Below are positions 49,545-61,606 of a stretch of 64,000 bases of DNA, piece by piece (positions within the stretch are counted from its first letter, which is position 1; each line of letters opens with the position of its first letter). Under the pieces are notes generated by a model, which was not told where the DNA came from, did no database searches, and saw only the letters and a program-made list of their open reading frames with translations. The DNA is from Lama guanicoe (lineage: Eukaryota). The DNA is taken from positions 23,250,795 to 23,314,794 of the forward strand of contig MU054187.1 in NCBI GenBank assembly GCA_013239625.1, given 5' to 3'. The translations under genes and the position numbers were made by a program.

Positions 49545-51350
49545 CTTGAATCTTCCAGGTCCCAACAAATATCCAACTAGAGTGCTGGGGAGAGACTTCT
49601 CAGTGCCTGTTATGGGCTGAAGGGTTTTCCCACAAAAAGCACATGTTGAAGCCTTAATCTGCAGTGTAAGTGTATTTGGAGAGAGGGCCTTTAGAGAGGT
49701 ATAAGGTTAAACAAGGTTATAGCAGGGAGGCTCTACTCCAACCTGACCAATGTCCTTAAAAGAAGAGGAAGCAACACCAGGGTTGCCCATACACAGAGGA
49801 GAAGCCATGCGGGCACAAAGCAATAAGGTGGCCATCTGCTTACCAGGAGAGAGGCCTCGGGAGAAAGCAAAGCTGCCAGCACCTTGACCTTGGGCTTCCA
49901 GCCTCCAGAGCTGTGAGCAGATAACTTTCTGTAGCCTAAGCCAGCCAGCCTGCAGTATTGTCATACGGCGGCCCTGTGACACTAATGCAGTTCCTAATGA
50001 AATGGGACTGATTCCAGCCACAGCAAGAGAGTTCTGAAGCGGACCTGACCGAGTCTTTGGAGTGGAATGAAGGCTGAAGGGGCACCTTCTGAGCAGAGCG
50101 CTTTGCACATGGAGTGTCACGGGGGAAGGCCCCCAAGGCAGCTATGTGAATTCAGGAGGCCCACTTTAGTGCAACGTATGGCCTTGCCTTGAAAGATATT
50201 TTTTGAATGACTTTATATCCTGATGGCAGCTGTAATATATTGGGTGTGAAAGAGAGGCTTCTGGCTTAGCTCAGTCCTTCAATACACCAAACACTACGTA
50301 ATGGAGAGGAGCCCTTAAGAAAGGCAGAGTCTTGGTTTTGAAGAATTTTAGGGTCCACTTCTCATAGAACGCTTTCACATGTGGGGAGGGTGATAAGGAT
50401 TTCCCAGCCAGCTCAGGTCTTCCCAAGCATAAGGTCACCCATGGAGAAGGATGGGGAGCCACACAGGAGCATCCATGTGGGAGGAGGCCTTTCACACTGG
50501 ACACAAGGTTATAAATGCAATGAGTATTGGAGAGCTTTCAATAATGGCAGATGCTTTTTCAACATCAGAGAATGTGTACTGGTAAAATCCTCATGAATAT
50601 TGAAAATTATTTAACCATAAATCCACCCCAGAGAGTTCACACTGGAGGAAGATCTGTGAGTGCAGAAACTGTAAGAATTTATTTAACCTGTGCTTCAACC
50701 TTGTTCAACATCAAAGTGTTCGCACTGGAGAAAAGCCTTCTGAGCGCAGAGAATGGGGCGACTGTTTTCTCCACACTCCACACTCCACACTTATTGAGCA
50801 CCAGAGGCCTCACAATGGAGGGGAAAAAATTATACAAAGTCTCCAGCCTCATTAAACATCAAAGCATGCACAATGGGAAAAGACCGAATTAATGGGGTAA
50901 ATGTGGAAAATTCTTGACACACCCCTAGCTTCATTCAGCATCAGAGAGTTCATAGTGCAGTAGTCGTATAAATAAAATGAATGTTGGAAATGATTCAGCC
51001 AAAGACACAACCTCATTTGGCACCAAAAAGTTGACAACAGTGAAAGGCCTTACTTGAGAAAGACTGGACTTCAACCAAGTGTCTGCTCTGACTTAACACC
51101 AGGAAATTCACGACCCAGATGGGCCTTCTAAGGGCAGTGAATACAGGGAAAGGCCTCAGGAAAGCCTACAGCCAGAAGCCTAACTGGTTTCAGCACCAGA
51201 AAGTTCACACCGTAGAAAGGTGTTAGAGATGCAGGGAATAAACAACTGACCCACATCAGGAAGGAAGCCCTGAGCATAGCTTGCATGAGAGAGGGAGCCA
51301 TCCACGGAACCCCATTCATCCATATGTGCACACCAGGGAGATTCCTGTGT
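49545..51350 (+). pseudogene. Decayed KRAB C2H2 zinc-finger processed pseudogene (5'-truncated, split by an MLT1 LTR)
   Basis: Finger/linker remnants QRVHTGGR (~50631), QHQSVRTGEKP (~50706), KHQSMHNGKRP (~50854), WHQKVDNSERPY (~51018); pre-finger spacer AEGAPSEQS...LKDIF...FTCGEGDKDFPASSGL; many stops and frameshifts. Confidence 0.85.
49608..49989 (+). mobile_element. MLT1A/B solo LTR inserted in the ZNF pseudogene
   Basis: 'tgttatgggctgaa...gtgtatttggagagagggcctt...cttccagcctccagagctgtgag...ctaatgca'; TSD GTGCC/GTTCC. Confidence 0.9.
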
Positions 51351-51657
51351 GTGTTACATGTGTTACACACTTTCTGGAGCTACACTGGATGTTCCCACCT
51401 GCCCAGGGACTTTACTAGAATTATACGGCCGCCAGTACACGCGAAAGAAGCCATCTCAACCAGACCAACTGGTAGTGCTCGCCGTGTGCATTAGTAACCC
51501 TACTATGCTTCGAGGATGCAGGCCTCTGACCCCTCTTTTCAGTTTCTGGAGGGAATCTAGAGTAGCCTGAGTTCCTTGAAGGTCCTACTCTCTCCCTCAG
51601 TGTTTTATTCATAGACAGGATTCACCTGCTTTAATCTCCTTTTATTCATCCCATTGG

Positions 51658-52107
51658 TGAGGGAGGGATCCCTACTCTAGGGTTAGGGGAATGGCTGAAT
51701 ACAGGACACCCACCACTGGACAGATGTGACTGGCAGCATTTTATTAATCATGTATGTTCACAGTGCAAGGGGAGATGGCATACCATATAGGACCACACAA
51801 GGGTTACATTTGGTAGCAGAGTGAACAACCAAGGACTGTGAGAGACAGGCTTTGTAGTATCAAGAGGGTGGGGTGACTCCTGGTTCCCATGGAAGGACAG
51901 GATTGGGCTGTTGGAACAACTCTGCAAGTCAGCAGGGGACCGAAGCGTGTTACTCAGGGATAGGCAGGCATGATGCATTGTCCTCTTGGGAAGGAGGGTT
52001 GTTTGGGTAGAGACCTTATTCATGGGAGCAGAGTGGGGAGGGGAATTAGTTAACTAGGCCATTCAAGGCCCTCTTGGTTTCACCAGATGTCAAGGCAGCA
52101 CATAACA
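51658..52107 (-). mobile_element. Solo LTR, ERVL-class (MER73/74-group-like)
   Basis: TG...CA termini, TTGG on both flanks; minus strand begins TGTTATGTGCTGCCTTGACATCTGG; TTTATT near the left end. Confidence 0.75.
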
Positions 52108-52324
52108 TTGGGCTTAAGTTTAGGTCTGACACGACACCATCTTTTAGCCAAGAGTGTCTGTATTTGGTTCCATTTGCAGCTTGCAAGGAAGGTTTGCCTT
52201 CTTCATGGACATTGTTGGTCTCAGAAAATGCTCATGATGGATTTTTCCAGTTTAAACATCACTCAGCTGGAGAATAATCTGCTTCACATTGTTTTTCTAT
52301 GACCGTGAAAGGTTTACTTACAAA

Positions 52325-52800
52325 ATTAATAGGCTTTATTTTTTAGAGCAGTTTTAGGTTTACATGAAATTGAGCAGATAGTACAGAAAGTTCCCATATG
52401 CCACTTCTCCCCTCTGCTCACAATTTCTCCGTGAACATCTTGCATTTTTGTAGAACATTTGTTAAAACTGATGAACCAATATCAAATCATTATTAATAAT
52501 TAAAGTCTATAATTTACATCAGTTTTTTTTTGCTGTATAATTCTATGGGTTTCAGTAAACACATAATATCAGGTATCTATCATTGCAGTATCACACAGAA
52601 CATTTTCACTACCATAAAAATCCCCTGGGCTCCACCTAATTAATCTCTTTCCCCTTCCAGCAAACTTCCAGAAATCACTGATCTTTTGAGTATCTCTATG
52701 GTTTTCTCTTTTTCAGAAAATCATATAGTGGGTATTATACACTTATGTAGCCTTTCAAGACTGACTTCTTAATGAAGCAATATGCATTTTTTGCATGATT
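52325..52800 (-). mobile_element. L1MC-like 3' end
   Basis: 'ttttagagcagttttaggtttaca...tgagcagatagtacaga...aatcactgatctttt'. Confidence 0.75.
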
Positions 52801-53049
52801 ATAGCACAATTTATTTATCAATTTTAACACTGACAATTTAGATCATTTTTGGGGTTTGGCTATTAAGAAGATGTAGCAACTAACATTATTATATATGTGT
52901 CATGATGGCTATACGCATACATTTCTCTTGGTTATTTACCAAGAAGTAGAGTGGACAGTTATTAGGTAAACATATGTTGATCTTGAGTAGGTACCAAAAA
53001 AAGAAATTCATACTTTCATCAGGAATGTATATATATATATCCTCATTAA

Positions 53050-53900
53050 CTATTGTTTTTATCATCGTGTTCATTCAGGTTCTGTTACTAGGGTTACACT
53101 GGCCACCTAAAAAAAAATTGGGAAATGTGCTCCCTGTCCATGTTTCTGTGTAATATTGGTAACATTTCTTCCTTAAAAATTTGGAAAAGTACATTTGTGA
53201 AGCCATGAGGTCTTGAAATCTTCTTTATAGGATGATTTTAATTATAAATTCAAATTCTTTAAAAGTTATAGGACGAGAGACATTTTCCATTTTTCCTTTG
53301 TCATTTTTATTAATTCTGTTTTTATTGTCAAAAAATTGGCCATTTAATCTTTTTTCAGGCATATTATATATATGATTTGCTCATTACAATCTTCTTATTA
53401 TCAATGTTAAAAAAATGTTATTATTATCTTTCAGATTTGTAGTCATCTTATATTTTATTCCAGAAACTGATAATTAGATTTCCTTTCTTTTTGTACTGAA
53501 CAGTGTTTTTGGAGTTTAGCAACTTTATTAATATTTTCAAGGAATCAGCTTCTAACATTGTGGAGATCTATTTTATATCTGCTTTCTCTTTTATTTATAC
53601 ATACAATTGCTTTAACATTCACCTTCTATTTCTCTCTTTCAATGTGTTTAGTTCCTTTTTTTTTTTGGCTTCTTTATATGGAAGACATGTCATTGATTCT
53701 CAACATTTTTCTCTTTTTACTATATTCTAAAATTCCCTTTAAGCACCATTTTAACTCAAATTTGAAAATTTCACATCATTTATTTTGACATATTTTCTGA
53801 TGTCTATTGTGTTCGATTACATAGATCCATAGGTTATTTATAAGTTTATTTACCTGCAGTTTTGATTTTGATTTACTATATATTGTATCATTAGAAAAGA
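53050..53900 (-). mobile_element. Old L1 ORF2 fragment
   Basis: Diverged antisense motifs 'tgtgaagccatgaggtcttg' and 'ttttcaaggaatcagctt'. Confidence 0.5.
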
Positions 53901-53949
53901 GGGACTTTGAATATGGAAATATTTGAAGAAGGAATTGATATTTCAAAAA

Positions 53950-54836
53950 CAAAATCAAAATAACACTGCACATCTTTTAGAATGGCCAAAACCCAAAACA
54001 CTGATAATATCAAATGTTGGCAAGGATATGGAGCAAGAGGAACTCTCATTTATTACTGGTGGGAATGCAAAGTGCCATAGCCACTTGATAATTGGGCAAT
54101 TTCTTAGAAAACTGAACATTCTCTTCACATACAATTCATCTTTCATATTTCTTGATAGTTATCCTAATGAGTTGCAAATTTATGTCCACACAAAAATCTG
54201 CACACAGGTGTTTAAAGAAACTTAATTTGCAATTGCTAAAATTTGGAAGCAACCAAGATGCCCTTCAGTAGGTGAGCTGATAAAACGGCAGTATATATGG
54301 ACAATGATATATTATGCAGTGATGAAAAGATGTGAGTTATCAAGTCATGAAAAGACATGGAGGGATCTTAAATTCATATCACTAAGTGAAAGAAGCCAAT
54401 TTGAAAAGACTACATATTGCATGATTCTAACTATATGACATTCTAGAAAAGGCAAAACTATGGAGATAGTAAAAGATCAATGTTTTCCAGAAGTTAAGGG
54501 GGAGAGAGAGATGAACAGGCAGCTCACAAAGGATTTTTAGGGTGCTGAAACTGTTCCATATGATAGGGGATACGTGTTATTAAACATTTGTCAAAACCCA
54601 TAGAATGCTCAACACCAGAAAGGAACCCTAATATAAACTATGCACTTTGGGCGATAATGATATGTCAACGTATGTTCGTTAATGATAACAAATGCGCCAT
54701 TGGGGTTCAGGGTCTTGACGATCAGCGGCGGTGCATGAGTGAAGTCCAGGGATATATGGGAACTCTCTGGTACATTCCACTCAATTTTTCTGTGAACATA
54801 AAAATGCCCTAAAAATAAAATATATTAAAAAAAAAA
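53950..54836 (+). mobile_element. L1MC1-like 3' end
   Basis: ORF2 C-terminal remnant (NVGKDMEQEELSFITGGNAK), 'ggaagcaaccaagatgcccttcagtaggtga', A tail. Confidence 0.85.
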
Positions 54837-55899
54837 CTAATGGAAGAGAAGAATTTTTTTGTTGTTATCTTGGTATAAATCACAAATATAAAAACATTAA
54901 TAGACTATGAGAAGACTAACAATTTTTCCTGAAGAATTATGGACAGAAGAGCTATTAATAGTTAAAAATGTCATTGATGAATATTAGAATTCCTTGATAA
55001 AATTTTCTACCTGTTATTAGGAGCAGAAAATCATAAACCTTTTAAACCCTAGATATTTACCTAACTGTGATGTTTATTTTTTAATGTAGTGTTCTGATTG
55101 CTAGAGGTAGTTTTCACTGTAGTGCCAATAAAAATGCAGAAAGACACCACCTGGAACCTCAGTTAATTTCTGCCAAAAAATTGTCTTCGATTTTATAAGC
55201 TAACGATTTAGGAGGAAGGATGTTAGTTCTTATATGAAACAATGCAGCTGGTTGAGTAGCAGGCCATTTATTTGTCCTTGGCAGGACAAGGCACGTTTCA
55301 AAATCTTAAAAGTCATTTGAATGTACTCAATGAGCATCAAATTGCTTCAAATGGGCTGTCCTGTTATAATATAGTCATATTAGCTTTCAGCTACATCCTC
55401 TATTCCCAGATAGTTTGAACTATGTTTGAAGAAATGCCTTTTTCTAATAAAATAAGTCCACACTAATATCAATTTCTCTCTTTCTTATATAATGTGCTTT
55501 CTTTTGATAAAATTCTAGAAAATCATCATCTGTTATTTTGATATCTGTGAGGGTGTTTGTGTAAATACCACATAAAAACATTTATATAGCTTACATCTTA
55601 AGTCCAAAAGAAGAAAGCTAACTACTAAAACAAGTATAAAACCTTATCTGCCTATATGTGAATGATTGCCTTCAGATAGCCAGAAAACACAACATGAATT
55701 GTTAAATAAATATATAAAAAAGTTAGACTGAGATAACGTTTAAGTGGCATTAAATAAGTGTACTTGCATGTATTTATTTTGCATATTGGCTAAACAATCC
55801 TTAAGTATTTTACTCAATCTAGAATCCCCTTTCTCATTTTAAATATACTCAAATTCCTCATATTTTCTATATTTGACTTTTGGTCAAAACATGAATCTC

Positions 55900-56140
55900 T
55901 GATATAGAAGAATAAGATTGGATGTGGAATCAAACAGACTGGATTTTGAATTCGATCTCTATCATTTACTATTGGGATGACCCTGTGCAAGCTAATCTCT
56001 AAGTACCTCTGTTTTCTCATCTTGAAAATGGGGATTATAATACCTCACTACATTGTTAGATGAAAAAATTAACATAAATGTATGCAGAGTATCTATTATC
56101 AGTCCTAACACAATGCAAAAATCATTATTAACAATAATAT
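55900..56140 (+). mobile_element. MIR SINE
   Basis: 'tggaatcaaacagactgga...tgaccctgtgcaag...cctctgttttctcatcttgaaaatggggattataatacc'. Confidence 0.8.
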
Positions 56141-57099
56141 TATCATGGCTAATAATAATATAATCCCTAAAAAATTGTATTTATAAAAATATGGTTATGT
56201 AGTTATATGAAGCTGTTACAGTTTCTGCTCTACAACATGCAATTTTTTGAGGCAGATAAAAATCAGTGCTTTTTTTTCAATAATTAATTTAAGGAGCAAA
56301 GTAATTCCCTGGAAGGTCATAAAGGTTTGGCAGAGTTTTGCCTATTAAATTTTATGTGATTTTGATGTAATTCTTCAGCCACTGACTTGTCATATTAGCC
56401 AAGTAGCTGACTCCAGAAGCAAAGGTCATCTTTCTTGAGAATGAATTACATTCCATGTGGGAATTTGGAAGTGATCCATTTTTAGTGTTGTCAAGATAAT
56501 CTCTTTAGGAAAATCTTACATCTCATTTCCTAAACACACATTATAAAACAACATGTTTTCTTTAGTGGAGGGGAAAATTAAAAGGTTCTATTTTTAAAAC
56601 TATTATAAAACTCTCACACCCACCCACGTGTAGATGCACATACGTACACATCATGTACAGGTATGCCAAATTTAATAATGAATTGCACCTATAATTTGTA
56701 ATCATTGAGAAAAAAGGTTCATTTTAGAGAGATTCTACCTAACATATCCCCCCCCAAAAGCATCACAAACAACTTTAAGTCTTCATAATTTAATCTGAGA
56801 AAGATGTAAGGATAAACTACTGTGTTTTTATTCGAATAGCAATTCAATGGTGGCGATTTCAACCTTAGTCCGTTTTCTGTGTGACCAAAGTTGAAGAATT
56901 TTAATTTTTTAGAAAATCTTTCTTCGCTTTGAAAATAGATTTCTTGGTTTCTCCTGTGTTTGATAGTAATTTCATAACTCACCATTCCTAATTAACAAAT
57001 AAACTCTAGATAGAATCCAGCCTTCTAGGGAAAAGTACGAGTCTTCACTTTTTCCACCATTCAAAACTTCAGTTGTTCATTCTTTGGTACTTACATTGC

Positions 57100-57480
57100 T
57101 GCATTACGTAAGATAGAGAGTTGGCTCCTTCTATTTGTGGTTCCACAATCTCAAAATGTAGCTTCTGTCTCAGTCTCAAATGGTTGCTTGAGTGGCTGCC
57201 ACATTGTAGTCAACAGGAAAGGGAGAAAAGGCATGAGAGAGCTGATCCTTCCCCTGAGGGGAAAAAATCTAAAAGTTGCACCATCATTTTCACCACAAAC
57301 ATTGGCCTGAATGCAGTCACGCGGGCTCATCTAACTTCAAGGGAGTGCCTCACTGAACTGTAGTCTTTAGCTGGTTTCAGCATACTGAGAAAGGCGGCAA
57401 AGAAGGGAGGAACAAAGAAGGGTAGTCCAGTTACTAAAGGGAAGGGATAACGGCCATTTGGGGAAAGTCTCTGCCATGTG
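57100..57480 (-). mobile_element. Old MLT1 (J/K/L-like) LTR fragment
   Basis: 'cattggcctgaatgcagtcac...ctaacttcaagggag...tgtagtctttagctgg'. Confidence 0.5.
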
Positions 57481-57959
57481 GATTGAAGTCTTTGCATATT
57501 ACCGCATTTCATCATGTCTAGGATACCAACCATTGGAAAATGTACAATTAATGTATGTAGTACTATGAAAATAAAAATAAAAACACTGTTAAATAAGTCA
57601 TGGCACAGTGAAGTTTTTATTCTAGGGTTTTATTTTGTATCTTTTGAAGATATTTTCTTTTAAATTTGTTTAGAGATACATATAACTTAGCTTTGACTGA
57701 GTCATCAATGCCCATTTTTCCTGCACAACACTGGCCCTTGTACTAACAAAAGCATTGTTAATGTGTCATCTCACCTCTATGATTTCTTCCAAGACACTGA
57801 TCCCCATTCTGCAAAGTTTGAGGCTCACACCTTATGAGTTTCTTCGAAAGTATTGGCAAAAGGTTTTCAAAAAGTAGCTAGTACTCATATTTCTTCCTCA
57901 AGTGATTTACTGACAGAAATGTAGATAGTTGCAATCAAGAACCAGGATTGTAGACTATT

Positions 57960-58200
57960 TAAGAAGATGACTCTGAAATGACCTCATGATAAAACCACTA
58001 TTTTTGCCTCGTGTTGTCTGTATGAACTTGGAAACCTTTCTTATCAATGTGTACTTCCGGTATCCTACTTGCAAAATGGAAACAGTTATAATGCCTAATG
58101 CTTGTAAGTGTTGAGAAGAAACATCCTGACATATACAAAAGACTTGGTCCAGTGCTTGCTATGTGTAAATGTTACACAGACACTGCCAATTATCATTACT
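57960..58200 (+). mobile_element. Diverged MIR
   Basis: 'tgaacttggaaa...tgcaaaatggaaacagttataatgcct...ttatcattactatt'. Confidence 0.45.
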
Positions 58201-58229
58201 ATTCCTGGAATGCTCTAGAATTGTGAAAT

Positions 58230-58900
58230 CCGTAATCCCTGATCTAGTCAGTTTTTTATATTCTTATTCCAATTTTGAAATTGTGTATTTCCCCCAAACC
58301 ATCCATTTTATGTAGGTGTGCAAATATACTGCACTATTGGGCAGTTATTCATAATATTCTTTTATTAGTTTTTTGATAATTGTTCTCTCTTAAGTAATAT
58401 CTATTCTTTCATTCTGACTTTTCTTTTTGTTTTATTTTATTCTTTTCTTGATCAGCTTTGTCAAAGATTCAAAATCTTATTAACATTTTCCAAGAACTAT
58501 CTTCCATTTTTCTTACTTGTTTTCTCTTGGATGATTCTTGTTCTTGAACTCTCTGATTTCTTCTCCACATTTATTTTGACATGTTGTCCTTTTTTTGTTT
58601 TTCTACTTTTAAGTGTTTATTAACTTACCTTATGCTTTTACATAATGCTATATATTTTTAGTTTCCAGACAGAAAGAATTTTTTTTAGTTTTCTCCTTAA
58701 TTTAATATTTTCTTTACTACATTGTTTCTAAAGAACACAATCTGCATGACGTTTATTTGTTGAATATAATGAAGGATTCCTTTGTGGCTTAGCTTGATTT
58801 TTGTGAATGTTCCATGTTTGCCTGCAGAGAAGCGGCTTTGACTTTATTAGAAATAAATGTCCATATATCTGTTGCAACTTATCAATTGCAATTAAATCTT
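58230..58900 (-). mobile_element. Old L1 (L1ME-like) fragment
   Basis: T-rich with 'ttcttgatcagctttgtcaaag', 'ttttccaagaac', 'tttttgtgaatgttccatgt'. Confidence 0.5.
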
Positions 58901-59514
58901 TTATCTCTATGGCCATTGCATTAACACATGCTATTGGTAGGTTCATATTGACAGAAGCATTAGAAACAAGCAATGCTTGGATATACTGACAGCATTCATT
59001 TATCTAAGGAATTCCAAAATGAGTTGAGTATAGTCAGGATACATGAAAGAGAAACCTGCAACATTATTTTGAATATGTGGGCTTGAAAGCTTCCAAAATC
59101 TCAAATGGGGAGAGTTACTGAAGATGCTACCTGACAGAGAGGATCACATCATCCTTTGTAGAAACCCAACTCTCCCCTTAGGTCTGGTCTTGTGTGCATG
59201 AGTCTGAGCAATTTTGTTGTAGAATGGCACAGTTGTGTGCTCGGGACCAGCTCACTGGATTGCAGAGTTATTAATATAAAAGATGATTACGTTTTCTGTT
59301 TTTCTAGTTCATTAATTCTACTTCTTTTGGTCATACTCCTCAAACGCCTTTTTATATTTTCCTGTGTACTCACATTTCCCAACCTGGACACTTGGCAGGA
59401 GGAGAGAATGTTTAGGGGCCAGAGACGGCTCCTTTTGTAAATTTGGGGTGTGTGAGGATGCTCCTGACCATCAGGTGTTCCATCTGCATTTGCCCACTAA
59501 GCTTCTCCCCACAC

Positions 59515-59880
59515 TATTATGGACAGAATTGTGTTCCCCGCGAGTTCATATAGTGAAATCCTAACCTCCAACTTGATAGTATCTGGCGATGGGGCCTTCG
59601 GGGAAATAATTAGGTTTAGATGAAGTTGTGAGGGATGAGGTCCTCATGAGATCAATACCCTTTCAAAAGAGACCAGAGACTATGCTCTCTTTCTACCCAC
59701 TCACACCAAGGAAAAGTCTTATGAGGACATCTGCAACCCAAGGAGAGACCCTCCCAAGATGCCAATCCTGCTGGCACCTTGATCTTGAACTTCTAGTCTT
59801 TAGAACTGCGAGAAATAGCATTCTGTTGTTGAAGCCGCCCAGTTGTTATCTTGCTAAAGCAGCCAGAGCTGATTGAGACA
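59515..59880 (+). mobile_element. MLT1A-like solo LTR
   Basis: 'tggggccttcggggaaataattaggtttagatga...ctgctggcaccttgatcttgaacttct...agcagccagagctgattgagaca'; TSD CACAC/AACAC. Confidence 0.88.
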
Positions 59881-60154
59881 AACACATTCCCCTTTTCAAA
59901 ACTCGCCCTCCTTGGGGCAGAGTGATGAAGAGGGTGGGAAGGAACAAACTAGTTAGTTAGGATTCAGCAGCAACATAAAGTGTCCTTGTTGCCTCCTGTC
60001 AGTAAAGGGCTTGATCTGCTCTCTTTCTCCTGCGGGAGGCCATCAAGCAAGCAGGTGTGTGCTCAAGGAATGGTGGGAAGATGACAGAGCAAAGTGGAGA
60101 AGCTCTCTCCTTGACACTCAACCTTCTTTTTAATGTTTTGTGTTGATTTTTAAT

Positions 60155-60430
60155 CAGTTTTTTATTTTGGAATAGATTTATATTTACAGAAAAGTTGCAT
60201 AGATACTCTAGAGAGTTCCTCTAACCTTCATTCATCCTTCATTCCTAATATTAACATCTTATACAACTCCAGTATGTTTGTCAGAAACTAAGAGATTAAA
60301 ACTGGTATATTACTATGAACCAAACCCCAGACTTTACCTGGGTTTCTCTAGTTTCTCACTCAGGTCTCTTTTCTGTTCCAAGATCTGACTCAGGATACTA
60401 CACTGCATTTAGACATGATCTTCTTTTAGT
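60155..60430 (-). mobile_element. Old L1 3' end
   Basis: 'ttttattttggaatagatttatatttacagaaaagttgca...ttaacatcttataca'. Confidence 0.65.
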
Positions 60431-61109
60431 TCAAAAAGGTCACCTGTTTGCAAACTGTGGTCTGACAGGCCAGATCTTTACCATGAATCTTTCTACATTT
60501 TCCATTTCAATTTTTTTTTAAATCCACACTTACTACTTTAGTTCCCTAATTTGTGGTCTTAAATGTCTGACTGTACTAATTTCTCTGCTTCAAATCCTGT
60601 TTCTAATTTTAACATTTTTTTCCCAAGACTAGTGAAAATAATTTCTTGAAAACTTCCTGAATCTACCCACATCCACCCCAACAGAACTAATTGCTCACTT
60701 CACTGAGCTACGTTATACTTCTTTTGTATCCTTTTATGGAATTCAGAGCCTGAGTTGTAACTAAGGTGACTGTAACGTGTCGTTCTCTTTTGTAGGACTA
60801 GCCTTTCTCAATCATTCTTTTTCTGTCTCAACGTATATAGAGTCTCATTGGTAATAGTAACTTGATGCCTCAGTGATTCTTAACAGACAGTGTATGGGAA
60901 TCTTTCTCCAACAATGTGTTCTCTCATATACCCAAACATAGACTCTGCAATGAATTTATATGTATATGAAGGTAATATTTTAGATTTTGTGCCTTGCATT
61001 AAGAAATATTTTTCCCAAAGGAATTAAGCTTTGTAGGAGTAAAAATATTCTTGCAGAAATCAGTAAAAATCAAAGTGGGCATCTTTAGTATAATATCCTA
61101 AAGTTTGTG

Positions 61110-61305
61110 TGATGAGGTCCAAGCTCTTTCCTTTACTAACAATACTATGAGACATGTTACTTAAATCCTCTCAGCCTCAACTTCCTCATCTATAACATGT
61201 AGCTAATAATAATAATACCTACTTTATAGAGTTGTTTTAAAGCCTCCATCACATAATGTATGTAGTCTCTTGGCATATGGTAAGTGCTGTCTAATAAATG
61301 TTCTG
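61110..61305 (+). mobile_element. MIR SINE
   Basis: 'gttacttaaatcctctcagcctcaacttcctcatctataa...ataataatacctact...tggcatatggtaagtgct'. Confidence 0.8.
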
Positions 61306-61369
61306 GTGATGAGCACAAAGAGGAAGACAAGGATGGAATGTAAACAGATTTTAAAAGAAACCTATTTCA

Positions 61370-61606
61370 GGCAAAACTAACCAACAGTGTCAGAATTCAA
61401 GATACAGGTCACCCCTGAGAGTGGATGTCGTGACTGAATAGTACATAAGATGGCTGTCTGGGGGCTGGAAATATTCTGTTCTTGATCCAAGTGCTGGTTA
61501 TGTGGGATTCTCCAATTTTTAAAACTTCATCAAGCTGGGTAATTATAATTTGAGCACTTTTCTATATGTAAGCTGTACTTCAATAAAAATACTATTTAAA
61601 AAAAAA
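61370..61606 (+). mobile_element. L1ME-like 3' end
   Basis: 'tctgggggctggaaatattctgttcttgatc...aaacttcatcaagctg...tacttcaataaaa'. Confidence 0.65.

Noticed and set aside
49707..50136. 137-aa minus-strand ORF
   Set aside because: Antisense to an MLT1 LTR and the ZNF pseudogene; chance ORF
50551..50892. 113-aa ORF with HTG motifs as a functional ZNF gene
   Set aside because: Cys/His ligands are lost and the frame shifts repeatedly; part of the pseudogene
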